In this document: positions 1 through 8,854 of the stretch, piece by piece
Layout of the letters: every line of letters begins with the position of its first letter
How positions within the stretch are numbered: the stretch's first letter is position 1
Virus record (IMG/VR): IMGVR_UViG_3300017766_001539
Span: 1 to 33,767 of that record
DNA length: 33,767 nucleotides
Strand: one strand, 5' to 3'
From: a virus
Lineage: Duplodnaviria; Caudoviricetes
Position numbers and translations under genes: made by a program
The notes under the pieces: model-generated
The model's input: the letters and a program-made list of their open reading frames with translations, nothing else
Databases searched by the model: none
What the model was told of the DNA's origin: nothing

Positions 1-123
1 TGGAGTCTATAATTCATTTAAAGTACAACCACTTAAGACTTGAGGGTGAGTGGTTTGAAATTACAGAAGAACAAGCTATTAAAGAAATTGATTTTTATTC
101 TAAATTAGAGGATATTAAAGCAA
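1..123. repeat. Terminal direct repeat, copy 1 (circular assembly overlap)
   Basis: 1-123 is identical to 33645-33767 (tggagtctataattc...gatattaaagcaa). Confidence 0.97.
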
Positions 124-344
124 GGAATGATTTTCAAATAGAATGGGCTAAAAAAATAAATGGTGATTTAGAAAAGAATAACCAAGTAAAAAAAGAGATT
201 GTTCAAAATAGCAATACGTTTAATGAATTTAAAAAGTTGTTTTTACAAGATAGAGAATTAAACAAATCTATTGTAGCAACAAAATTAAATGTTTCAAGAG
301 TAACAATTTATAGTTGGATTAATAAAATAGAAAACGAATTATGA
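3..344 (+). CDS. 3' part of T5orf172/GIY-YIG-like nuclease with C-terminal HTH (starts at 33473, 171 aa across the join)
   Basis: Open frame ESIIHLKYNHLRLEGEWFEIT...LNKSIVATKLNVSRVTIYSWINKIENEL*; stop overlaps primase start (ATGA 341-344). Missing from the ORF track because it spans the join. Confidence 0.88.
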   Translation, partial: ESIIHLKYNHLRLEGEWFEITEEQAIKEIDFYSKLEDIKARNDFQIEWAKKINGDLEKNNQVKKEIVQNSNTFNEFKKLFLQDRELNKSIVATKLNVSRVTIYSWINKIENEL

Positions 345-2548
345 TTACAAAAGACTATTTAAAGAAACTTTCATCAATTGGATATAGCATTATCCCATGT
401 GACGATGAAAAAGTTCCAATAGGTAAATGGAAGAAATACCAAACAGACAAACGTTCAAGTGATGAAATAGAATTATTAAACTGCACTAAATACGGACTTG
501 TAACAGGATTTAATGATTTGGAGGTTATAGACATTGACCTTAAAGTTTTAAGTACTGTAAGCGAGAAAAAAGAGTGGTGGGATGAATACCTTGCTTTTCT
601 TTGTGATAACATTGTTGACTTCATGGATAAGGTTGTAATATCCAAAACTCAAAAAGGTGGGTATCACATTATGTACAAGTCCAAAACTATTGTTGGAAAT
701 ACAAAGATAGCAAAGCTTGAAGGTATGACAGAGGCAATAATTGAAACAAGGGGTACAGGTGGATTTGTAATTATTTATGATAACTTTCTAACTAAAAATG
801 AATACCATCAAATTGATTATATTACAGAAGAAGAAAGAAATATAATTTGGTCAATTTCAAAAACTTATGATTATAAGAACCCTATTACTGCTGAAGTTAA
901 GCTTACAAATGAATATGTAGGTAGTGATGTGACACCATGGGAGGATTATAATAATAAGCATAGCTGTGTTGACTTAATAGGTTCAGACTTTACCATAGTT
1001 AAAAACACTTCTAAAAGCTACGTTATAAAAAGACATGGCGCAGAAAGTCAACACTCTGGTTATATTTTTAAAGATAGTGGTTGTATGTTCTTGTTTTCAA
1101 CGGGTACAATATACCCGAATGAAACACTACTAAACCCATTCACAATGTATGCTCATAAAAATCATATGGGTGATTTTAACAGAGCAGCTAAAGAACTATA
1201 CAAAGATGGTTATGGTACAAGGCAAATAAAAAAAATTGAGATAACTAAAAATGAACCTATAATTAGGTCAAGTTTTCCAATTGAAATATTTCCCTTAGAA
1301 ATTCAACACTTTATTACTGAAAGTTCAAATACGTTAGGTTTATCAACTGATTATATGGGATGTTCATTTATGTGGATGTTATCATTAATTGTTGGAAATA
1401 CTATGGTTATGGAAGTAAAGTCAGGATGGCGTGAAGTAGCTACATTATGGATTGCTTTGGTTGGTAAACCTGGGATTGGTAAAACGCCTTCCATTAATCA
1501 AATGATTTCACCTTTAAGGTCTTTAAATGCAAAAGAACAAAAGGAATATCAAAGACAATACCAAAAATGGATGGAGTATGAAGCGAAGGATAAAAAGGAA
1601 AAGGAACGAAGCGAAGAAATAAGAAAACCTAAAAACAAACAATTTATTGTAAATGATATTACTATTGAAGCTTTAGTTGATTTGCATGAAGAAAACCCAA
1701 ATGCAGTAGGTATATTTAAAGACGAATTAGCAGGATGGTTTAAAGACATGAATAAATACAGAGCTGGATCAGATTTAGAGTTTTGGTTATCTTCATGGAG
1801 TGGTTCACCTATTTCATTAAACAGAAAGACAGCAAAAAACGCCTTTGTAGATAAACCATTTATTCCTGTTATTGGAGGTATACAACCAAGTATTTTTGAG
1901 GAGTATAGTAATGGAGCAAATAAGGATAATGGATTTGTAGATAGGATTCTTATTAGTTACCCTGATTTAAAAGTTAACAAGTACAATAATAATTATATAA
2001 GTGCTGAAGCTTTGCTTTGGTTTAATGATTTTGTAGTTAACATGAAGAGTGTAATTAATTCAAAGTTTTTAAATTTTGATGAAAACGATGAAATTGTACC
2101 TTTAATTGTAAAGTTTAATGAAGAAAGCGGAAAAGAATGGGTAAGAATACATGATAAAATTACTAATATTCAAAACTCAGATGATGAAAATGAGTACATG
2201 AAAAGTATGTTACCAAAACAAAAATCTTATATTCCGCGCTTTGCACTATTATTAAATACCTTATGGAGCTTTATAGATGAAAAATACCCTTATCAACAAG
2301 TCCAAAAAGATTCTATTTTAAGAGCTGAAAAACTATCAGAGTATTTTGTGAATATGGCTAAATTAGTTAAGCAAGATGCACGAGAGAAAACAGATTTAAA
2401 AAATGTCTCTAAGGATAAAATGAGCAGTTTTGATAAATTTAAAGCAATGTATGAAGCTGATAAAGATTTGAATAAAAGCGTTGTTGCTGAAATGCTAGAC
2501 GTATCAAGAAGAACTGTTTATGATTGGGTTAAAAAATTAGATAAATGA
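341..2548 (+). CDS. Primase-polymerase fused to DUF3987-like P-loop helicase domain, C-terminal HTH
   Basis: N-terminal prim-pol motifs (GLVTG, VIDID, GGYH, ETRGTGG); Walker A GKPGIGKT, Walker B FKDEL, IGGIQP, GFVDR. Confidence 0.88.
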   Translation: MITKDYLKKLSSIGYSIIPCDDEKVPIGKWKKYQTDKRSSDEIELLNCTKYGLVTGFNDLEVIDIDLKVLSTVSEKKEWWDEYLAFLCDNIVDFMDKVVISKTQKGGYHIMYKSKTIVGNTKIAKLEGMTEAIIETRGTGGFVIIYDNFLTKNEYHQIDYITEEERNIIWSISKTYDYKNPITAEVKLTNEYVGSDVTPWEDYNNKHSCVDLIGSDFTIVKNTSKSYVIKRHGAESQHSGYIFKDSGCMFLFSTGTIYPNETLLNPFTMYAHKNHMGDFNRAAKELYKDGYGTRQIKKIEITKNEPIIRSSFPIEIFPLEIQHFITESSNTLGLSTDYMGCSFMWMLSLIVGNTMVMEVKSGWREVATLWIALVGKPGIGKTPSINQMISPLRSLNAKEQKEYQRQYQKWMEYEAKDKKEKERSEEIRKPKNKQFIVNDITIEALVDLHEENPNAVGIFKDELAGWFKDMNKYRAGSDLEFWLSSWSGSPISLNRKTAKNAFVDKPFIPVIGGIQPSIFEEYSNGANKDNGFVDRILISYPDLKVNKYNNNYISAEALLWFNDFVVNMKSVINSKFLNFDENDEIVPLIVKFNEESGKEWVRIHDKITNIQNSDDENEYMKSMLPKQKSYIPRFALLLNTLWSFIDEKYPYQQVQKDSILRAEKLSEYFVNMAKLVKQDAREKTDLKNVSKDKMSSFDKFKAMYEADKDLNKSVVAEMLDVSRRTVYDWVKKLDK

Positions 2549-3765
2549 AAACACTAAGAGATTATCAAATTGACCTATCTAAAAAAGCGGTCGATATACT
2601 TAAAGAAAAGAAAATAGTTTACCTTCAGTTCAGCGTCCGTGTTGGAAAAACTGCAACGGCACTTGAAACATGTAGACTATACGGCGCTAAAAAAGTGCTA
2701 TTCTTAACAAAGAAAAAAGCAATTGGGTCAATTGAAAGTGATTATAATGATTTTGGCTTTACATTCGATTTAACGGTAATAAATAATGAGTCATTACAAA
2801 AGGTAACAGATAATGATTTTGATATCGTTATACAGGACGAGGCGCATTCTATGGGTGCGTTTCCAAAGCCAAGTAACAGAACGAAAGATTTTAAGTTACG
2901 TTTTTCACGTGTGCCAATGATATTGCTTTCGGGTACACCTTCAGCAGAATCGTACTCGCAATGGTATCACCAATTTTGGCTTAGTGCATACAACCCGTTT
3001 GCACAATACAAAAACTTTTATCAATGGTCAAAGACTTTCGTAAATGTTAAGCAAAGGCAGTTAGGTCACGGATTGATTAACGACTACTCAGATGCAAAGA
3101 TTGATTTAATAGATGCAGTTATACAACCTTACATATTGAAATTTACTCAAGAAGAGTCAGGATTTGAATCTAAGGTAAACGAACACGTGATCTATTACCC
3201 TACTTTATGTCGTAACTTAATAGAGCGATTAGAAAAAGACTTAATCATTGAAGGTAAAGAAAACGTAATATTAGCAGATACGGGAGCAAAGTTAATGCAA
3301 AAGGTACATCAATTGGAGTCGGGAACTATTAAGTTTGAATGTGGCAAATCAATGATATTAAACACACGCAAAGCTGAATTTATTAGAGATTACTTTGAAG
3401 GTAAAAAGCTTGCAATACTTTACTACTTTGTTGAGGAGTTTGAACTATTGAAACTTGTTTTTCCTAACTTTACAAGTGACTTAGACGAATTCAATAGAAC
3501 CGATAAACATTACATTGGACAACAATACAGTAGCGCAATGGGTGTAAACCTATCAAAGGCGCATTGCTTAGTGTTCTATAACTTTGGATATTCAGGCACA
3601 AATTTTATCCAAGCTCGTGACCGCATGACCGTAAAAGAAAGACCCGTTAACAATGTATACTTTGTTTATGGCAAAGGTTCGTTAAGCGAGAAAATACATA
3701 AGACAGTTTCACAGAAAAAAAACTTTACCTTAAAGATGTATGAGCGAACAAAGGATTCAAAGTAG
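2545..3765 (+). CDS. Superfamily 2 helicase
   Basis: LRDYQ Q-motif, VGKT, DEAH, LSGTP, GVNL, QARDR. Confidence 0.9.
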   Translation: MKTLRDYQIDLSKKAVDILKEKKIVYLQFSVRVGKTATALETCRLYGAKKVLFLTKKKAIGSIESDYNDFGFTFDLTVINNESLQKVTDNDFDIVIQDEAHSMGAFPKPSNRTKDFKLRFSRVPMILLSGTPSAESYSQWYHQFWLSAYNPFAQYKNFYQWSKTFVNVKQRQLGHGLINDYSDAKIDLIDAVIQPYILKFTQEESGFESKVNEHVIYYPTLCRNLIERLEKDLIIEGKENVILADTGAKLMQKVHQLESGTIKFECGKSMILNTRKAEFIRDYFEGKKLAILYYFVEEFELLKLVFPNFTSDLDEFNRTDKHYIGQQYSSAMGVNLSKAHCLVFYNFGYSGTNFIQARDRMTVKERPVNNVYFVYGKGSLSEKIHKTVSQKKNFTLKMYERTKDSK

Positions 3766-4006
3766 TTGTATAAAACATGCTAAGGCAAAAGGCTGGATTT
3801 GTTGTAAGATAATTAAATGTTCAATAAATGGATGGCCTGACCTTTGTATGTACAAAGACGGTAAAACGATATTTGTTGAGTTTAAATCGTTGATTGGCAA
3901 ACAATCAGAGCTTCAGAAGTACCAACAAAAACAACTTGAGGCGCAAGGTTTCAAATATTATTTAATAAATAATTTAAAAAACTTTCAAGAAATAGTTGCA
4001 GATTAA
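3740..4006 (+). CDS. VRR-NUC domain nuclease
   Basis: E..IQ, GWPDL, FVEFKS, SELQ motifs; typical position next to helicase. Confidence 0.9.
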   Translation: MSEQRIQSSCIKHAKAKGWICCKIIKCSINGWPDLCMYKDGKTIFVEFKSLIGKQSELQKYQQKQLEAQGFKYYLINNLKNFQEIVAD

Positions 4007-4025
4007 TAATTAATGTGTATATTTG
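3996..4025 (+). promoter_or_regulatory. Bacteroidota-type housekeeping promoter (early promoter A)
   Basis: TTG 3996-3998, 19-nt spacer, TATATTTG 4018-4025; near-duplicate of the promoter at 30583-30614. Confidence 0.8.
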
Positions 4026-4048
4026 TTGTATAATTAAAACACACACAC

Positions 4049-4216
4049 ATGAAAACAACAGCGAACAAATCAGCAAGAACGTACACCATTAGAAAAGATG
4101 GTAACAAGTACAGAACAATCAGAATGTCTAAACAAGAGTTTGACAGCGCTTACTATTGGAGCGCGAATGATTGGAATCAGTTTTTAAAAACCGATGAATA
4201 TTACGTTGTAAAATGA
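4049..4216 (+). CDS. Small early hypothetical protein (55 aa)
   Basis: MKTTANKSARTYTIRKDG...EYYVVK*; first ORF after the promoter, ATGA overlap with next gene. Confidence 0.75.
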   Translation: MKTTANKSARTYTIRKDGNKYRTIRMSKQEFDSAYYWSANDWNQFLKTDEYYVVK

Positions 4217-4425
4217 AAACTAACCTTAGAAAATTAGCGTTGATACTTCAGAAGGTAGACGCTTCATTGTTCTTTTCAATTAGCATTTACAACGGGTCAA
4301 TCGTTTTAGGAGCATTTGAACAAGACATACTAATTGACGATTTAAATATAAATTGGGATTCAGTAGAGTTCGATTTAGAAATGACAATATTCAAGAAAAA
4401 CAACGTTAAACTAATTGTATCATGA
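4213..4425 (+). CDS. Hypothetical protein
   Basis: 70 aa ORF with ATGA overlaps on both sides. Confidence 0.7.
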   Translation: MKTNLRKLALILQKVDASLFFSISIYNGSIVLGAFEQDILIDDLNINWDSVEFDLEMTIFKKNNVKLIVS

Positions 4426-4931
4426 AAAACTTAATTAAAATACAAGCAGAGTTGAAATGTCCGAAGGGTTCTTTCAACGAATTTGGAAAGTACAAGTATA
4501 GAAGTGCTGAACAAATATTAGAGGCTTTAAAACCTTTACTTAACAAGTACGACTCATTATTATTGATGTCAGATTCAATAATTGAAATAGGTAACAAGTT
4601 GTTTTTAAAAGCAACAGCAACATTTAAACACGAAGGAGAGTCTATTGAGGTATTTGGTTTTGCTGAAATGGGAGAACACAAAGGAATGAGTTCAGAACAG
4701 ACAACAGGGACTGCATCAAGTTACGCTCGAAAGTATGCTTTGAATGGTTTATTCTTAATCGATGAAACAGAAAGCGACCCTGACTCGAAAGCGCCAACAC
4801 AGAAACGCAAAGAGACAATAACCGATGAACGTTTACACGCTGCGCTTGAGAAAATCAAAAAAGGTGAGTATACGATGGAAAAATTAAAAGAGAAATTTGA
4901 ATTAACATCTAAACAATTAGAGCTATGTTAG
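4422..4931 (+). CDS. erf: ERF-family single-strand annealing protein
   Basis: FGKYKYRSAEQI, QTTGTASSYARKYALNGLF, DPD motifs. Confidence 0.92.
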   Translation: MKNLIKIQAELKCPKGSFNEFGKYKYRSAEQILEALKPLLNKYDSLLLMSDSIIEIGNKLFLKATATFKHEGESIEVFGFAEMGEHKGMSSEQTTGTASSYARKYALNGLFLIDETESDPDSKAPTQKRKETITDERLHAALEKIKKGEYTMEKLKEKFELTSKQLELC

Positions 4932-5209
4932 TAACTTATGAGCTATACGACAAAGAAGGTGAACCATTAATGGATTTAGAAGGTAAAGAATACATTGCCC
5001 CAATTGGTTCAAATGTTATTTTTTCTGATGATGCACAAGAAGGTAAAGAGTTTGTAGCAGTTGAGTTTGTTGGAAAAGTACTATCTCACCTATATAATGT
5101 TACATCAGACACACTTTATATTGATTGCGAAATAAACCAAGATTTAACTGAGCATGACGACTTACGTTTTGTTAAGTACCACGAACTTAAATTTAAACAA
5201 TCATGTTAA
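4925..5209 (+). CDS. Hypothetical protein
   Basis: 94 aa ORF overlapping neighbours in the operon. Confidence 0.7.
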   Translation: MLVTYELYDKEGEPLMDLEGKEYIAPIGSNVIFSDDAQEGKEFVAVEFVGKVLSHLYNVTSDTLYIDCEINQDLTEHDDLRFVKYHELKFKQSC

Positions 5210-5430
5210 CAGCTATCCAAGAGCTAATCCAATCGTTTGAAAATGATAGGATGCAAAAAAGCTACACCAAAGAACAAATGATTGAGTTGTTGACCTATAA
5301 ACTTGAAGCAGAAAAACAACAGATAATCGAAGCACACGGAAGTAAGTTAAAATTATCATCAGGAACAACTAATCATGAGTATTGGTTTACTGGGGAAGAT
5401 TATTACACTAAAAAATTTAAGACATGTTAA
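5203..5430 (+). CDS. Hypothetical protein
   Basis: 75 aa; TA...EKQQIIEAH...EDYY pattern seen in small Bacteroidota phage proteins. Confidence 0.7.
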   Translation: MLTAIQELIQSFENDRMQKSYTKEQMIELLTYKLEAEKQQIIEAHGSKLKLSSGTTNHEYWFTGEDYYTKKFKTC

Positions 5431-5801
5431 AAATTATGAGTACCAAGGTAAAAGAACAGCGAGCGCAAAGACTTTTGAAGGTGTTAAAAAACGTACATGA
5501 TGAAACAAAAGATGATTTTGTACAGATATACATTTCAAAAAAATATAACGTATCTCAGCAAACTGAGCTAAAAATAAGAAGTGAATTTTTGCAACACAAA
5601 AGAGATGGTAAAAAACATCTTTACAAGTGGAAAAGCATTAAGCCAAACATACACATGGCTCGTAAATTGTACGATTTTTTATATAAACAAGGTCAATCAA
5701 AAAACAAGAACCAAATTTATCAAAAGCCAATTGAAGTAAAACAAGAAACATTAAAAAAAGAAATCAGTTTATTTTGGGGTTTAATTAAAATCAAATACTA
5801 A
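5424..5801 (+). CDS. Basic hypothetical protein, possibly DNA-binding
   Basis: Lys-rich 125 aa ORF ending SLFWGLIKIKY. Confidence 0.65.
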   Translation: MLKIMSTKVKEQRAQRLLKVLKNVHDETKDDFVQIYISKKYNVSQQTELKIRSEFLQHKRDGKKHLYKWKSIKPNIHMARKLYDFLYKQGQSKNKNQIYQKPIEVKQETLKKEISLFWGLIKIKY

Positions 5802-6424
5802 TGTTAATCAGATGCAGTTCACTACCGAAAATAATGACAGCGTCCCGAACGAAAGGGGCGCTATCAGAGACAGCGAAAAGCTACATAAAGTCAATCGCTA
5901 AACAAGACTACTTCGGCTACGATGTAGAGCTAAACAATAAGTATGTAACTAAGGGAATACAATGTGAAGAGCATTCAATTGCACTACTTAACGATGTACT
6001 ATTTACTAACTACGCAAAGAACACCGAACGCAAGTCAACGGATATTCTTACAGGAGAATGCGATTTATACACACCTGAGTTAATAATCGAGATTAAAACG
6101 TCCTGGTCCTTTGAAACGTTTCCTGCAACACCCGACGATATTAACATTAAAGATTACGAATATCAGTTAAGAGGTTATATGTATCTTTACAACGTTGATA
6201 AAGCTGCATTGGCATATTGCATGGTCGATACTCCGAGTGAGCTTATAGGCTACGAAAACGAGCAATTGCACCGAGTAGGTAACACAACGAGTGAGTCACT
6301 TGTAACCATATTAACTATTGACCGTGACTTAGAGCTTGAACAAAAAATGCTTGAAACGTGTAAGCAAGCAATTGAATTTTATAACGAATACAGAAATCAA
6401 TTCCATGCGAAAAAGTATAATTAA
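5801..6424 (+). CDS. YqaJ/lambda-exonuclease-like PD-(D/E)xK nuclease
   Basis: IRCSSL, KGIQCE, GECDL..IIEIKTSW, YEYQLRGYM; next to ERF and SSB. Confidence 0.85.
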   Translation: MLIRCSSLPKIMTASRTKGALSETAKSYIKSIAKQDYFGYDVELNNKYVTKGIQCEEHSIALLNDVLFTNYAKNTERKSTDILTGECDLYTPELIIEIKTSWSFETFPATPDDINIKDYEYQLRGYMYLYNVDKAALAYCMVDTPSELIGYENEQLHRVGNTTSESLVTILTIDRDLELEQKMLETCKQAIEFYNEYRNQFHAKKYN

Positions 6425-6566
6425 TTTTCAGGACATACCAATCGACACGATTCGTATGCGACTAAAATACCAAAAGAAAAAGTACAGTGTAACCGAATGT
6501 GTGAAGGAAGCATTTAGAATAGCTAACAATAAAATAAAAGAAGATGAAAAACGAGATGAAATTTAA
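6405..6566 (+). CDS. Small hypothetical protein (53 aa)
   Basis: MRKSIINFQDIP...; ATG at 6405 gives a more normal overlap than the track start at 6336. Confidence 0.6.
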   Translation: MRKSIINFQDIPIDTIRMRLKYQKKKYSVTECVKEAFRIANNKIKEDEKRDEI

Positions 6567-6840
6567 TGGAACAATCACTAACGTGTTGGAAGTGATTGAG
6601 GTAGGAGCAAACAAAAAGATTGAGTTTGTAGTTAAGGAAAATGTGGAGCAATATCCTCAGAGTGCGAAATTTAGTATCTTTGGTACTGAGAAGGTAGATA
6701 AGTTCTTGCAGTACAACAAGGTAGACCAAGAGGTTGAGGTGCATTTTAACTTTAAAACAACCGAATGGCAGGGTAAGTATTTCACGAATAATGAAGCGTG
6801 GAGAGTAAACAAAGTACAATCAGAAGAAACACCGTTTTAA
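6544..6840 (+). CDS. DUF3127-like single-stranded DNA-binding protein
   Basis: OB-fold-like, EQYPQ, EWQGKYFTN..AWRV, acidic tail EETPF. Confidence 0.85.
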   Translation: MKNEMKFNGTITNVLEVIEVGANKKIEFVVKENVEQYPQSAKFSIFGTEKVDKFLQYNKVDQEVEVHFNFKTTEWQGKYFTNNEAWRVNKVQSEETPF

Positions 6841-6841
6841 T

Positions 6842-7039
6842 ATGAAAAGACCTTTAAGAAAAAGCAATGTAGATATAAAACTACTTATACAATCATGCGA
6901 GGATTTTATTGATTTTTTAGATAGCGAGGAGTATCATGAAGACAAAATAGTAAACTATGAAAACGATATATTTGTACAAGCAATGGAAGCAATATACGGA
7001 AAAGAAGTTTTTAATTTTATAAACAATAGAATAGAATGA
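6842..7039 (+). CDS. Hypothetical protein
   Basis: 65 aa ORF in operon. Confidence 0.65.
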   Translation: MKRPLRKSNVDIKLLIQSCEDFIDFLDSEEYHEDKIVNYENDIFVQAMEAIYGKEVFNFINNRIE

Positions 7040-7344
7040 AAAAAAAAGTAACAAGCCTCAGCGATTTGACTGAGGCTAAGCGCCAGCAGGCAATCGAATA
7101 TTACAAACACATAGCTCATGCAACAATGCTTTGCCAATCAGCTTTGCATTCCTTAGATGATGTTAGCGACAACATGTTTCACAAGCGAGAAATCAAGCAA
7201 ACAATAAATGCTTTTATCACAGGTGTCGAAAGATTTGCAGCTACCTTTGTAGAAAATAATAATGAGACAATGGCACAGACCTACTCAAATGTTATCAAAC
7301 AAATAGATGCGTTCAAAGAAAACATTAATATCGAGATACAATGA
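7036..7344 (+). CDS. Hypothetical protein
   Basis: 102 aa ORF with ATGA overlaps. Confidence 0.7.
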   Translation: MKKKVTSLSDLTEAKRQQAIEYYKHIAHATMLCQSALHSLDDVSDNMFHKREIKQTINAFITGVERFAATFVENNNETMAQTYSNVIKQIDAFKENINIEIQ

Positions 7345-7493
7345 AAAAGGACAATAAGAACCGAAACCGTTGGATGATAGCGATATCATTCGACATCGAT
7401 AGGTGGAAGAGACGAGAGAATAGGAAGGGGGTTATTAACGTAGGAAGATTAATTTGTAAAGCATACTATAATAAATACGATGATGGAAATTGA
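7341..7493 (+). CDS. Small basic hypothetical protein (50 aa)
   Basis: MKKDNKNRNRWMIAISF...YDDGN*; fills the gap with an ATGA overlap. Confidence 0.55.
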   Translation: MKKDNKNRNRWMIAISFDIDRWKRRENRKGVINVGRLICKAYYNKYDDGN

Positions 7494-7659
7494 AGAACAA
7501 ATAGAACAGCTTAAGGCTAAATTAACAGGGAATATCTTTGAGGATGGTGAGTTGATGCAAAAGATATACGAGTTGAAGAAACAACTTAATCCCGAGATTG
7601 AAAGCAATCCAGAGTTGGACGACGACGATTTGGAAGAGTGCCTGTATTGCGGGTCGTAA
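7480..7659 (+). CDS. Small acidic protein with terminal CxxC (59 aa)
   Basis: MMEIEEQIEQLKAKLTGNIFEDGELMQKIYELKKQLNPEIESNPELDDDDLEECLYCGS*. Confidence 0.75.
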   Translation: MMEIEEQIEQLKAKLTGNIFEDGELMQKIYELKKQLNPEIESNPELDDDDLEECLYCGS

Positions 7660-7680
7660 CTAATTAAAAAACAAAACATT

Positions 7681-8325
7681 ATGAGTAAAATAGAGTTATT
7701 AAATGTATTCGGGTCGGACACTATGGTTTTAGATGTTGCGAGAGCTTCTTTTGATAAGAAATCGGATAATTATACAACAGAACAAAACAATAGATTAATA
7801 AGCTATTTAGCTAAGAATAATCATTGGAGCTGCTACGCTCATGCAAGAGTACAATTCCGGTTGCAAGTTCCTATCTATGTAGAGCGACAATTAATTAAAA
7901 CGCAGATAGGTGTTGAATACAATTCAATCAGTGGCAGGTACGTGGATTTTAGTGATACATACACACTAATAAACGAATGGCGAACACAATCAAAAGATAG
8001 TAAGCAAGGCAGCGCGGAACCTTTGGACATGTACGGTCAGGAGGCTTGTAACGTTATTGAATACGAAGTAAAAGAGTTTTGTCAGAATGCTTATAAGAAT
8101 CTAATTGATTTAGGTGTAAGCAAAGAACAAGCACGCACTATCTTACCGTTGAATCTTAATACTACAATGATTTGGACAGGATCACTTTACGCATTCATCA
8201 GGCTATGTAAGCAACGTTTGAAACCCGATGCACAAGCCGAAACACGAGAAATTGTTTCCGAAATGTTACGACAATTAAAAGAAAATGGTAAATTTGCTGA
8301 GTCATTAAAAGTGTTTGATTTATGA
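7681..8325 (+). CDS. thyX: Flavin-dependent thymidylate synthase (variant motif)
   Basis: ARASF, LISYL..HWS, RQ...YNSISGRY, KEQARTILP, R..PDAQAETR. Confidence 0.9.
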   Translation: MSKIELLNVFGSDTMVLDVARASFDKKSDNYTTEQNNRLISYLAKNNHWSCYAHARVQFRLQVPIYVERQLIKTQIGVEYNSISGRYVDFSDTYTLINEWRTQSKDSKQGSAEPLDMYGQEACNVIEYEVKEFCQNAYKNLIDLGVSKEQARTILPLNLNTTMIWTGSLYAFIRLCKQRLKPDAQAETREIVSEMLRQLKENGKFAESLKVFDL

Positions 8326-8684
8326 AGATAAAAGTTAGTACAAGAGTTGTATTCATATTCAAAGATTACGTTGTTAAGGTACCCATTAGTTTACGTGGGT
8401 ACTTGCAATGCATACAAGAACGCAACGTGTGGGAAAAGTACAAGCATTTAAATATATTAGGTGAACTGTATAGTTATAAGCGTGGAATCATTAAGATGAA
8501 ACGTTATGACCCTATCGCATACGTGGACTACAACGATATAGCAAATGTAAAAGAATCGATTCAAGAGCTTAATATCGACAACTGCGACCTTTACAATAAA
8601 GCAAACTGGGGTCAATTGAATGGTAAAAGATATTTAATTGACTACGGAGTTAATGAAGAGATAGCTAAAATGTATAATTTATGA
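8322..8684 (+). CDS. Minimal protein-kinase-like fold protein
   Basis: STRVV, VVKVP, helix-C Glu (IQERNVW), DLYNKANW catalytic loop, IDYG. Confidence 0.7.
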   Translation: MKIKVSTRVVFIFKDYVVKVPISLRGYLQCIQERNVWEKYKHLNILGELYSYKRGIIKMKRYDPIAYVDYNDIANVKESIQELNIDNCDLYNKANWGQLNGKRYLIDYGVNEEIAKMYNL

Positions 8685-8854
8685 AGACACTACTGAAAGC
8701 AATTAAGATGTTAGAGGCAGAAAACAAAGACCTCGAATATCAATTAGAAAGAGCGGAACTATTACTAAAAGTAACAATGGAACAAAACACAATGTTACGA
8801 AATGATTTAAAACTATTATCAGATGCACACAGGAACAAAACTAAGATGTATTGA
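8681..8854 (+). CDS. Small coiled-coil protein (57 aa)
   Basis: MKTLLKAIKMLEAENKDLEYQLERAELLLK... heptad pattern; ATGA overlap. Confidence 0.6.
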   Translation: MKTLLKAIKMLEAENKDLEYQLERAELLLKVTMEQNTMLRNDLKLLSDAHRNKTKMY

